The notes under the pieces are model-generated. The model made no database searches, was not told where the DNA came from, and was given only the letters and a program-made list of their open reading frames with translations. A program made the position numbers and the translations under genes. This document shows, in pieces, positions 10,130 to 20,316 of a stretch of 64,000 bases of DNA. This stretch comes from Sedimentisphaerales bacterium. GTDB taxonomy: Bacteria; Planctomycetota; Phycisphaerae; Sedimentisphaerales; SM23-30. The stretch covers positions 1-64,000 of the forward strand of contig CAXXFK010000022.1 of the NCBI GenBank assembly GCA_963663965.2, in the 5' to 3' direction. Each line of letters begins with the position of its first letter. Positions within the stretch are counted from its first letter, which is position 1.

Positions 10130-11811
10130 CCGATTTCAACAATCAGATCACCCAGCGGTTGTACGATTTACTCAATCGGGCGCTCGATAATTCCATCGAG
10201 GAGACCGGAAAAGACGAACTGGAATCCCTGCTGTTGACTTATCCCCAGGCCCGGCGGATTTATATCGAATCCATGATTATCGATGCTGGATTCTATCGCA
10301 TGGGCGGTGTGCCTATCCAACTGGAGCATGACCAGGTCTATCCCGACATTGTTCATTCGGTTCCTCTCTATGAAACGGTAACTAAGGACCTGGATGAATC
10401 AGTCATCCGCCAGACCTTGATGTGTGCGGATAATAACGGTGAAACCTCTCTGACTATACCCGAGAAACCTTTACCCAGGCGTTTCGGACGTAATGACATC
10501 CTGCATACCCTGCCCAAAATTGCGGCTATCCTCCTGATCTGCCTGAGCGTGTTGGCTTTTGACCGGATGGTCACACGCTACGCCCAGCCGCCCGCCCGAC
10601 CCAAAGTGGCGGCGTTGATCGACCAGTACCAATCCACCTGGGACCCGGCCGGTCCCGATCTGGCCAACGGCGATCGTTTGGGCGGTGATCATTACTACCT
10701 GCTGCAGGGTTATGCCGAACTGTTATATGACAATGGCACCCGGGTTCTGCTGGAAGGACCGGCAGCGTTTTCCTGCACCTCACCTGAAAACTTGTTGCTC
10801 AATCACGGTAATGTCTATGTTCAGGTTTCCAAACAGGGCCTGGGCTTCACCGTAGATGCGCCCGATTTCAGGGTTTGCGATCTGGGTACTGAATTCGGGG
10901 TCAGTATCGGCAAAGATAACAGTCATCGTATTCAGTTGCATCAGGGCAAAGCCTCCCTGATTTCCATGGTCGAACAGAAAGAACGCCAGAGCGTGGTCTT
11001 GAACGACACCCAGGCCTTTCATGTCAATAGCCAGTCCGGTCAGATTGTCGAGACCGATTTCGACCGCAAAGCCTTTGTCCGCCGCATCGAATCCAGTAAA
11101 GGGCTCATCTGGCGTGGTGAAGACCTCAGCCTGGCTGATATCGTCGCTGGAGGCGATGGTCTGGGGACCGGCAAAATCGCCGAAGGGATCAATCCCGCTG
11201 ATGGATCGTTGGAATTCGTATGCCGCGGCGAGAATCTGTCTATCGAGCCGGCCTACCACCTGGTGGCGAATCTGCCTTACGTGGATGGTGTCTTTGTTCC
11301 CGATGGCGGCGAAGGCAATGTGACGATCAGTTCCCTGGGGCATCTGTTTTCCGATTGCCCCGATACCTCCGGAGAGATGTTCGATTCGATTCGTAACGGC
11401 GGCCAGATCTTACAGGGCGATTTATCCACGCTTCCCATGATGCTGGACTATCAACTGGTGGGCACTGAATCCAACCCAGCCCTTTATTTCCATCCCAACC
11501 TGGGAATTACCTTCGATCTGGATGCGATTCGCGCAGTCTGGTCCGGCTGGAACCTGGAAAGTTTTCAGACCTTGTGTGGGATATCCTCCAACTCCCCACA
11601 ATATTCGACTGCGGATATCTTTATCTTGATCGATGGCGATCTGCGTTTTGAAAAATTGAATTTGTCTTCCCGTTCGGAAATTCCTTTAATTAATGTTCCG
11701 ATAACCGATGAAGATCGTTTTTTGACTTTAATTTCAACTGAGGCGGATAATTTAATTACCTGTGACTGGGTTCTGTTTGTAAACCCGGTTCTTAAATTAA
11801 CCACTGAATAA
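10126..11811 (+). CDS. FecR-domain anti-sigma factor with C-terminal NPCBM/NEW2-like domain
   Basis: ATGA overlap with the sigma gene; one TM; LEGPAAF, GFTVDAP, DLGTEFGV; C-terminal DRFLTL...DWVLFVNPVL. Confidence 0.82.
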   Translation: MTDFNNQITQRLYDLLNRALDNSIEETGKDELESLLLTYPQARRIYIESMIIDAGFYRMGGVPIQLEHDQVYPDIVHSVPLYETVTKDLDESVIRQTLMCADNNGETSLTIPEKPLPRRFGRNDILHTLPKIAAILLICLSVLAFDRMVTRYAQPPARPKVAALIDQYQSTWDPAGPDLANGDRLGGDHYYLLQGYAELLYDNGTRVLLEGPAAFSCTSPENLLLNHGNVYVQVSKQGLGFTVDAPDFRVCDLGTEFGVSIGKDNSHRIQLHQGKASLISMVEQKERQSVVLNDTQAFHVNSQSGQIVETDFDRKAFVRRIESSKGLIWRGEDLSLADIVAGGDGLGTGKIAEGINPADGSLEFVCRGENLSIEPAYHLVANLPYVDGVFVPDGGEGNVTISSLGHLFSDCPDTSGEMFDSIRNGGQILQGDLSTLPMMLDYQLVGTESNPALYFHPNLGITFDLDAIRAVWSGWNLESFQTLCGISSNSPQYSTADIFILIDGDLRFEKLNLSSRSEIPLINVPITDEDRFLTLISTEADNLITCDWVLFVNPVLKLTTE

Positions 11812-12287
11812 TTAAATATTGCTTTTTATCGGTTAATACCGTTTACGATTGAAAATGCCCGCTGGGCCGTGAAAGAAGTCTTTTGCGAGTATTTACTTAT
11901 GTTGCGAGCGATCAGGGATTTTTATACTCTTTGGGTATAAACCAGGAATAAATTTATTCCGAAAGAGAAATAACCATTTTTTAGTTTGTTTGGGATTATT
12001 TGATAACGCGGAGGCTGGGAGTTTCGACCAGTTCTTGGAATAGGTTCGTATAGGTTAGTGTGAGTGAGGAAGTGTAAACATTTCCTTCAAACGGTACACA
12101 TGTTTATTGGTGTGGACAGGTGTTTCGGCCTGTTCGTGGCTTATATTTGATTGAGATATTATGAGTGAGGATATGAAAATATTTAATTATTACGATACCA
12201 GCTGACAGGTCTTGATTTCAATAATGTTAGTTCAATAGTGTGTTTAAGTTGTACGGAATTTTACTTTTTTTTATGGAGAAATGAAAA

Positions 12288-14384
12288 ATGAAGAAAACAA
12301 AAACAATGTTCATGTGGCTTGTCGCGGCGTTAATCGTTGTCCTGACCGGCCAGAGTTGGGCGGCCAACATGATTTCGCTCAACTTCAGCGAAAACTCCGG
12401 TAACCAGCGTTTCGTCGGTGGCGAGCTGATCGGTCCCTTGAAAACCGATAGCGCCAACTGGAATATGTCCGACGATTACGATAGTGGTGATCTGGGCAAC
12501 GGTTCGATAACCGACCTGATCGACGATACCGGCGCCAATACCGGTGTCAGTGTCACCTGGACCAGCAGTGGCGTATGGTATAACGAAGATGGTACCGGGG
12601 ATGATGAACACCGCATGGCCGTGGGATATCTCGATGACTGGTCAGAAATCAGCATTACCTTTTCTAATATTCCCTATACCTACTACCGGGTCTATTGTTT
12701 GCTGGGTTCCGACTGGGGCTCACCGGTAGGATTTGCCGACCAGCAGATTAACGGCACCTGGGTGATGGGTGGCGAGGCGGCGGATAATACTCAGCAGTTT
12801 AATGCCTCGATTACGGATAATAACGCCGCCAATGGTGAATGGTGGACCCCGATGGTCGCCGGCTCTTCAGTAATCGGTAATTACTGGGTACAGGAAGCGG
12901 ATGGACCATCATTAAACATTAAAGCACAGGTCCATCTGAATGGTCAGTCATTTCGTGGTACTGTCAACGCGGTGATTATCGAAGAAATTGATATCTACCA
13001 GGCGATGGAACCCGATCCTGCTATCGGCGAAGAAGTGACGATTGATAAAGTGCTTTCGTGGTCGCAACATCATGGTTCCGTTGGAACGGGTGTGACCTAT
13101 CAGGTCTATCTGGGCAGCGATCCCAATACCTGGGATGCCGCTCCGGTCAAAACCACCACCGCCGATCCGGCCGATTTCTTCTTCGATCCCGATCCCGACC
13201 TGGCCAAAGGTACCGCTTATATCTGGCGTGTCGATGCTCTGGAACCCAATGACGGCGCCCCGGTTCTCCATACCGGCGCTGTCTGGACCTTCACCACTCA
13301 GCCCGATACCGCCCGGGTCGAAACCGATCCGGCCAGTATGGTTATCCCCGCCGGTATCGATGCCCAGTTAACCGTTGCCACCCTCAACGCCACGATTTTC
13401 CAGTGGTACAAAGACGGGGCCGCGATTGATGACCAGACCGATACTAAATTCATTGGCGAAGACAGTGCGGCACTCACGATTGTCGATCCTCAGTTGGAAG
13501 ATGAAGGTTACTACCATTGCGTCGTCGATAACAGTCTGGGTATTCCCGATACCTCTGCGGATGCCCGCGTGCTGACCCGGCGCTTGATCGGCTGGTGGAA
13601 GCTCGATGGCAACCTGGAAGACTCCGTCGATTCAGCAATTGCCGGCGCGCCCGCTCACGATGGCGCCTCCGTTGATCCCAACTTCGTTGATGTCGGCAAA
13701 GACGGCGGCGCCCTCGATCTGCTCGGCGATGCCGACGGTCTGGTGACCATGCCCGGCACGGCCGATTATTTCAACTTCTATCCGTTGGGTTATACCGTCA
13801 GCGCCTGGGTTAAGGCCCCGGAAAAAACCTCTGGTTGGGGTGCCTATGTGGCCAAACAGACCAAAGTTGGCACCAATATCGGCTTTATCCTGACTCACAA
13901 TAGTGCCGGCCAGGCCGTCCATACCCTGCGCCAATCCTTTGGCGATCTCAACTCTAATACTGACATCGACGATGATGAATGGCATCTGGTAGTCGGTACT
14001 TATGACGCCACTACGCGCCAAGGCAAGGTCTACGTGGATGGTTTCAGCAGAAATGCCACCATTAATAATGGTATTCCCGGTACCAACACCGCTGATCTTC
14101 TGCTGGGCGCTGAAGTGCCCACTGGCAATGATCTGGTTGCCTTTATTGGCCAGTTGGACGATGTCCGGCTTTATACCTACCCGCTGGATCCGGTTACCAT
14201 TGCCAATCTGTATGTCGATTTCAATCCGGGCGAAGAAGTCTGTACCGAATATCCTGAATACGATATTGCCGGTCCGGACGGCGTTGGCGATGAATTCCGC
14301 GATTGTATCGTCAATATCTACGACCTGTTGCCCGCCATTGATGCCTGGCTGGAATGCAACATCGTGCCCACTTGCATCCAGTAA
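12288..14384 (+). CDS. Secreted protein with Ig-like and LamG (concanavalin A-like) domains and dockerin-like tail
   Basis: Signal peptide; Ig motif FQWYKDG...DEGYYHC; LamG DDEWHLVVGTYD and FIGQLDDVRLY; DCIVNIYDL...WLEC tail. Confidence 0.8.
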   Translation: MKKTKTMFMWLVAALIVVLTGQSWAANMISLNFSENSGNQRFVGGELIGPLKTDSANWNMSDDYDSGDLGNGSITDLIDDTGANTGVSVTWTSSGVWYNEDGTGDDEHRMAVGYLDDWSEISITFSNIPYTYYRVYCLLGSDWGSPVGFADQQINGTWVMGGEAADNTQQFNASITDNNAANGEWWTPMVAGSSVIGNYWVQEADGPSLNIKAQVHLNGQSFRGTVNAVIIEEIDIYQAMEPDPAIGEEVTIDKVLSWSQHHGSVGTGVTYQVYLGSDPNTWDAAPVKTTTADPADFFFDPDPDLAKGTAYIWRVDALEPNDGAPVLHTGAVWTFTTQPDTARVETDPASMVIPAGIDAQLTVATLNATIFQWYKDGAAIDDQTDTKFIGEDSAALTIVDPQLEDEGYYHCVVDNSLGIPDTSADARVLTRRLIGWWKLDGNLEDSVDSAIAGAPAHDGASVDPNFVDVGKDGGALDLLGDADGLVTMPGTADYFNFYPLGYTVSAWVKAPEKTSGWGAYVAKQTKVGTNIGFILTHNSAGQAVHTLRQSFGDLNSNTDIDDDEWHLVVGTYDATTRQGKVYVDGFSRNATINNGIPGTNTADLLLGAEVPTGNDLVAFIGQLDDVRLYTYPLDPVTIANLYVDFNPGEEVCTEYPEYDIAGPDGVGDEFRDCIVNIYDLLPAIDAWLECNIVPTCIQ

Positions 14385-14426
14385 ATCATAACCGCCTCTG
14401 AGCGGCTATGGACCCGATGTAATCAC

Positions 14427-14457
14427 AGAAGCCTGAGAGCAATCTCAGGCTTCTTTT
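14427..14457 (+). terminator. Intrinsic terminator
   Basis: AGAAGCCTGAGA-GCAA-TCTCAGGCTTCT followed by a T-run, between convergent genes. Confidence 0.8.
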
Positions 14458-14534
14458 CTGCGCGTGTATCATGGGCATCTTGCCCGTGATACCAGGTTCC
14501 ATGCCGCTTACCGCGGGATAAATAACTGGCAGGT

Positions 14535-16169
14535 CTACCGATCCGTTATCACCAGCACCCAATCGTTCCGGTCAAAGGTCTTAAAGGTCAGGTTTGGCTG
14601 CTTGATCTGTTCTTCGCCCAGCCATCCGCCCACTTTCGGATTATACCACCGTGCCTTGCACCCCGGCTTTAGCAGGTTCGTGTTTAAGATCACCTGGCCT
14701 CCCTCAGGCAGATAGACCACCGCCAGATCGCCCGTCCTGGATTTCGCCGCCGCGATAAACTGTGACTTGTTCTGCTTGCCCGGCTGTTCGACGAGCAATT
14801 CTGGCGCGGGTCTCAATTCCCACCAGTCGATCGATTTAAAGAGACGGTGCAGGTACATCATACTGAACGCTCCGGGCAAATCTTTCGCCTCATACCACGG
14901 CGCTCCCAGCCCCGAGCTCACATGATCCGCCGGCGCCTGTACCTTTTCGTGCCATCCCCAGATCCCCTGCCCGCCATAAGTCACCCCGGCGGTTGGTGAT
15001 ACCAGCAAACTCCAGTACGCCGCCCGCCTCACCGAGTGATCGTCATGGGCGCGTTTATTTTGATAACCGTTGTGGCCTTCATAATTCGGCTCGATATTGA
15101 TCACCGGCAGCATCGGATCCCCGTTCCAGTCCCTGCTGGGCGGCCCCTGGTTCAACCAGCCGAAAGTACCCTCGCTATCGCCATGCCCGCTCTGATACCC
15201 GATAAAACGATACCAGGGCTCGCCTCTGAACTCATCGCCGATCCAGCTCTGGCCGCGCGGATGCATGGTCGCCAGCCGCTGTTGATCGGCCCGAAACACT
15301 TTCCTGCCGATTCGCTTCCATTGTGCCGCGTTATCCCCCTCGAAATTGCCGTCGCCTCCCAGGAACCACAAAACCTGGTACGCGCCATACCTCGCGATCA
15401 TATACTCGGCCAGAATAACTTTCTGTTCTTCATCCAGGTAATAGCCCGGATTCCTGTCACCCTGGATTCCCCACAACAGAACCGGCGCCGCCAGCAGTCC
15501 CGCCTCGTTGATCGCCGCGACATACTGATCGAGCCGCTGAAAATAGGTCGGATTGATTTTGATCGTCTCTTTCCCCCAGAATGTAACATTGCCGTCCGCG
15601 TCATGTTCCGCCATCCGCCATTGGGTCATGACAAACTGGATGGCGGTAAACTCCTTCTTCACCCGGTCCTCGAGGAACACCTTCCAGTCCTGGTATTCGG
15701 CAAACAGCGGTCCGCACCATACCGTATCCGCCAGCCAGAAAAATGGGGTTCCATCGTCAAAGGAAAGATAGGTCCCCGACTCCGATACCTTCAGGTTACC
15801 ATGCCGATAAATGCCATTCTTCCCGCGGTAGGCCACACACTCGAATTCTCCGGTAACCCCGGCCAGACCCTGGTTGGTTTTGTCTGAACATTTTGTCGTA
15901 AATCGCCATTTTCCCACCTCATCAGGCGCAAACCGGACCTGCCACAACCTGCCGCCATTCCAGTAACCCTGCATCGTCCGTTCCTTCCCGCTCGGAGATT
16001 GAAACACAACCGAAAGCCTAACCTCCTGAACCGGATTCGCGTATTCGACCTCGCTGACAAAATCCCGCTCAAACACCATCCACCGCTGCACCTCGCCACC
16101 CGCATCGGCAAGTACGGCAAGTATAGTTATTATCATAAAATAAATTGGTGTCTTAATTGCCATGATCAA
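14535..16169 (-). CDS. DUF5060/DUF4038 apiosidase-like (GH140-related) glycoside hydrolase with C-terminal collagen-binding-like domain
   Basis: DGTPFFWLADTVW, WFLGGD, YQSGH, EPNYE, RRAAYWS, GVTYG, ARWYNP...DWVLVI. Confidence 0.8.
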   Translation of the reverse strand: MIMAIKTPIYFMIITILAVLADAGGEVQRWMVFERDFVSEVEYANPVQEVRLSVVFQSPSGKERTMQGYWNGGRLWQVRFAPDEVGKWRFTTKCSDKTNQGLAGVTGEFECVAYRGKNGIYRHGNLKVSESGTYLSFDDGTPFFWLADTVWCGPLFAEYQDWKVFLEDRVKKEFTAIQFVMTQWRMAEHDADGNVTFWGKETIKINPTYFQRLDQYVAAINEAGLLAAPVLLWGIQGDRNPGYYLDEEQKVILAEYMIARYGAYQVLWFLGGDGNFEGDNAAQWKRIGRKVFRADQQRLATMHPRGQSWIGDEFRGEPWYRFIGYQSGHGDSEGTFGWLNQGPPSRDWNGDPMLPVINIEPNYEGHNGYQNKRAHDDHSVRRAAYWSLLVSPTAGVTYGGQGIWGWHEKVQAPADHVSSGLGAPWYEAKDLPGAFSMMYLHRLFKSIDWWELRPAPELLVEQPGKQNKSQFIAAAKSRTGDLAVVYLPEGGQVILNTNLLKPGCKARWYNPKVGGWLGEEQIKQPNLTFKTFDRNDWVLVITDR

Positions 16170-16393
16170 ATCTCCATAACTATAGTGTTAGCTGTCCATA
16201 ATATTCATTAAATTGTAATTCGTTTTAATCTTTCTTTAAAAATTCCATCAAGCGCGTCTGATCGTATTGGAATGGCCTCGCAACCAATGCCCTTTAAAGA
16301 AAGTATGATAATCCACATTTACTGCTGAATCCGAATAGCCCAGCTTGAAAAGAACAAGAGAACATTGAGAGCTACCTCCATTCGCAACTATTC

Positions 16394-16784
16394 TTATTTA
16401 CTATCTAAACTTGAAGCCTTATTATTAAAGAGCAACTCTACTTTGCTATACCATGGCCAATTATAGTACATTTGCTTGTAACCAACGGTTATATAATAAT
16501 ATTGGTCTCCAATGTGTGAAACAGGAATTCTACATTGCGGTTCCATGTATGTAGTTTCAACATGGAATAAGCATATGGCAAAAAGAACCGTAATAATTAA
16601 TACTATCATACTTTTAGATTTGTTTTTACCAGCCAAATAGGATACCCAAAAACTAACGGTTACTAAGAGTAAGTTAAGTGATAACATGATAAAATTAGTC
16701 GCATTAAGAGTGAGTATGCTTTGATTATCATTTAACAAACGATTCCATAAAGCAATTATCCAATATAAAGTACCTAAACAAAAG
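16394..16784 (-). pseudogene. 5'-truncated membrane protein gene cut by IS66
   Basis: The frame of ORF 16394-16738 stays open upstream (FCLGTLYWIIALWNR) to the IS boundary at 16785; hydrophobic segments; low GC. Confidence 0.55.
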
Positions 16785-18248
16785 GTAACAATTCACACTT
16801 TTTTTTAAAAAAACAAGAAAAAGATTGCGCCCTGCACAACCATCTGTTATACCATAAGTTATGGATGACAAAGATATTGTTATAGCGCAGCTGCTCCAAG
16901 AGGTCGCTTCCTTACGCGAAGAAGTAAGGCAGCTCAAAGAAGAAATTGCTCGGCTCAAGAAAGATTCGAGCAATTCGTCCAAGCCGCCCTCGAGTGATAT
17001 TGTCAAACCCAAGAGGCCTTCCGCTAAGGCTAGTCGCAAAAAACGCAACCGGGGTGGCCAGCATGGGCATAAAAAGTTTTCGCGTCAACCGTTTGAAGAA
17101 GTTGACCACACATTTGAATACGAGTTGGCAGACAAAGACGCCGTGGGCCTTAAGCCTCTGGATGCCTGGTTTGTCATTCAACAAATCGGATTGCCGGAGA
17201 AAATGTACCAGGTGATTGAGCATCGAGCCAGAAAGTACCGAAACCCTGTGACAGGAAAGGTCCAGATCACCCCCTTGCCGAACGAGATTCGTAAAGGGGG
17301 ATTGCTGGGTGCGGACCTGACGGCGTTGGTGTCCTATTTGAAAGGCGCCTGCCATATGTCGTATAGCACCATTCAGGGTTTTTTCCAGCAGGTGATGAAG
17401 CTGGAGGTTTCTCGCGGCATGCTTGGCAAGGCGGTTCAGAAGGGATCGAGCGCCTTGGGCCGATCGTATGATGAACTGGCCGACCGATTGCCGAACGAAC
17501 CGCAGGTCAATATCGATGAGACAGGCCATCATGACAATGGCAAGCTGCACTGGACCTGGTGTTTTGATACCGGCGCCTACAGTTTGTTTAAGATTGATCC
17601 GTCGCGCGGCAGCGGCGTGCTGGAAACCATGCTTGGTAAAACCTTTGCCGGGATCATTGGGGCCGATTACTGGGGCGCCTATCGCAAGTATGCCCGGTTG
17701 TTTGGTGTTCGTGTTCAGTATTGCATGGCTCACTTGATTCGAGACGTTCGTTTTCTGGCCGAGCATCGCGTGCCCGCACTGTCTCGCTGGGGAACAAAAT
17801 TGCTGGCATGGCTCAAAAAACTGTTTGACACCCTGCATCGGCGGGACGCCTTGACGCCACCGGGCTGGTTGCGTTCGATGGCGCGCCTCAAAACCGGCTT
17901 TTTGAAGCAAATGCGAAGGCCGCCGAATCACAAACTGGCCCAGAAACTGGCCAAACGATTTAAGGGCAATGCTGCAACCGATTACTTCCGATTTTTGACG
18001 GAGCCGGCTGTCGAACCCACCAATAATGGCACGGAGCGCCAAATTCGCACCGTGGTGATTGACCGACGGATCACGCAAGGAACGCGCGGCCAGGCAGGCA
18101 TGCGCTGGTGCGAACGCATCTGGACAACAATAGCAACCTGCAAAAAACAGCGTCAGAATGTCCTTGATTTTATCCATGAATCGATTATTGCTCATTGGAG
18201 CAACATAAAATATCCATCGTTAATCTGTCAGAATGTGTGAACGGTTAC
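16785..18248 (+). mobile_element. IS66-family insertion sequence (single ORF, ISBst12-like), 1464 bp
   Basis: Terminal inverted repeats GTAACAATTCACAC (16785) and GTGTGAACGGTTAC (ends 18248) enclosing an IS66 transposase. Confidence 0.88.
16861..18240 (+). CDS. IS66 family transposase
   Basis: KDSSNSSKPPSSD leader, GGQHGH, IDETG, ADYWGAY, QYCMAHLIRD, EPTNNGTERQIR. Confidence 0.93.
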   Translation: MDDKDIVIAQLLQEVASLREEVRQLKEEIARLKKDSSNSSKPPSSDIVKPKRPSAKASRKKRNRGGQHGHKKFSRQPFEEVDHTFEYELADKDAVGLKPLDAWFVIQQIGLPEKMYQVIEHRARKYRNPVTGKVQITPLPNEIRKGGLLGADLTALVSYLKGACHMSYSTIQGFFQQVMKLEVSRGMLGKAVQKGSSALGRSYDELADRLPNEPQVNIDETGHHDNGKLHWTWCFDTGAYSLFKIDPSRGSGVLETMLGKTFAGIIGADYWGAYRKYARLFGVRVQYCMAHLIRDVRFLAEHRVPALSRWGTKLLAWLKKLFDTLHRRDALTPPGWLRSMARLKTGFLKQMRRPPNHKLAQKLAKRFKGNAATDYFRFLTEPAVEPTNNGTERQIRTVVIDRRITQGTRGQAGMRWCERIWTTIATCKKQRQNVLDFIHESIIAHWSNIKYPSLICQNV

Positions 18249-20270
18249 GCCCATTGTATATTTGATGCTCCTGATGGCGTCATTTTCGACTTGGAACCCT
18301 CCTATGATGGCAAAAAGCTCCTTATGAGTTATCGTGAAACGGAATACACCCCATTTCACCTTTGGGAAATTAATACCGATGGCAGTGGATTAAAACAATT
18401 GACCAGTGGCCCCTATCACGACTTTAATCCCACCTACTATCCCGATGGCCGCATTGTATTTTGCTCTTCTCGCTGTGAATCCTATGCCATGTGTCAGGAC
18501 TACCTGGCCTGCTCGCTCTATACCTGCAACGAAAACGGCAATAATATCCAACGTATTGACTTTACAACACTCTGTTCGAATGAACCCAGCATATTGCCGG
18601 ATGGACGCATCATATTTTCTCGCTGGGAATATCAGGATAAATCTATATATACCTGGCACGGGATTTGGACAATATTTCCCGATGGCCAAAATCTCAGACT
18701 TTATTATGGCAACACCTTTACCGTACCGAATGTCATGTATGGTCCCAAGCCAATACCCAACTCCAATAATATATTAATTACGATGGCCGCCCACCACTAC
18801 CCACCCATCGGCGATATCGCCATCATTGATCGTCAATTTGGCGCTGAAAACATCAAGGGGATCGAACAGGTCACACATAATACCCGCTATCTAATTAAAA
18901 CCGGGCACACCTGGCATGATTCGCATTGGAATGCTGGTGGAGATTTCTATCCACAGACATATACCGATCCCTGGCCTGTTGGTAATAATTCGTGCCTGGT
19001 TTCTTATGGCGGACCGACATCGACAAGCGATCATGATCAGTTTAAAATATGCCTGCTAAGTTATGCCGGTCACATCACCGAGATATACAGTTCAACGAAG
19101 AATTCATACTATTCTCCCGTAACACTGAATAGGCGCCCATCACCTCATATTATTCCGGACACACTCGAGAACCCAGAGGCCGATACCGGCACTTTTTATA
19201 TTCAGGATATCTACCAGGGACTTTTAGAGCAGGAAGTAGAACGCGGCGAAGTGACACACTTGAGAATTATGGAACAACTTCCCAAACCGGTAAACGGAAG
19301 CGGCCCCCGAATTCACGATCAATATCCTATCATTGGCTGGGGAACAAATTATGTAAAATATAATCATGGAACTGTGCCGGTTCAGACTAATGGATCGGCC
19401 TGTTTTAATGCGCCGGCAAATCGAGAGTTATACTTTATTGCTCTCAACAAAGAGGGTAAAGAAATTCGCCGCATGGGATCAGTGACCCAGATAAGAGGCA
19501 GCCAGTTTGTGTCTTGTACGGGATGTCATGATAATCGCGACATGACGCCATTTAATTCAATGATTCCAATGAAATCCGCCTTGAATAGTCCCGATCAGAT
19601 AACACCGCCGACTTGGGGAGCCGGACCGGTGGATTATGTTAGCCAGGTCCAACCGGTATTCGACCAATACTGTGTTCGCTGCCATAATGGACCGAAGCCC
19701 GACGGAGGCGTTAACTTATCGGGCGACCGAACGCGTTTTTTCAATATGTCCTATTCATATTTGATTCATAATGATCTGGTTGATTATTTCTATCTTGTCA
19801 CCGGACCCACCGGAGTATTTCCTGGGAAGAAAACAGGATCATATATCAGCGCTCTGAATAAATATCTGGAAGGTCGCCACGAGAACATCATTGTTGATGA
19901 ACAGGGCAGACGAGCCATTTATGCCTGGATAGACGCTAATATCCCCTACTATGCAACTTATTATTATTCCCGCCCGGGCACCTTAAGTGGTAGAGATACC
20001 TGGGCCGACGAAGCCCTTAAACCGCTCCCTTGGCTAAGGGATAGCATGCCGAGCATAATCCAGGGAGGGGAAAGATTGGAATTGGAGCTACAGGCGATTC
20101 TAACCGGCGTAGAAGGATTTGAGCGAAACTATAGTGCTATTAATCTTAGTCATCTGGAATGGAGTTTATGGCCAATATCCAAAAAACCAAACATTCCCAT
20201 CGCCCCCTTATCACCCAACAATGTAGAGTGGATGCCAAATGTGGATCAATGGGGAGAAGTTTTCAAGTAA
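18249..20270 (+). pseudogene. HzsA-like (hydrazine synthase alpha middle domain) beta-propeller/heme protein, 5' end removed by IS66
   Basis: WD40/PD40-like repeats (DFNPTYYPDGRIVF; DGRIIFSRWEY), ELYFIAL...RMGS, CTGCH and CVRCH; the predicted start at 18195 lies inside the IS. Confidence 0.75.
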
Positions 20271-20316
20271 TATGAGCCGTATACGATAGAAGGTCCATAA
20301 ACCAAGGCTTTAGATT

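Noticed and set aside
15036..15887. 283-aa plus-strand ORF and the many other short overlapping ORFs in the track
   Set aside because: Antisense or alternate-frame shadows of well-supported genes.
16912..18195. 427-aa antisense ORF inside IS66
   Set aside because: Shadow of the transposase with no recognisable motifs.
18249..20270. Anammox hydrazine synthase
   Set aside because: HzsA-like domains are common in non-anammox planctomycetes; no hzsB/C nearby and the gene is truncated.
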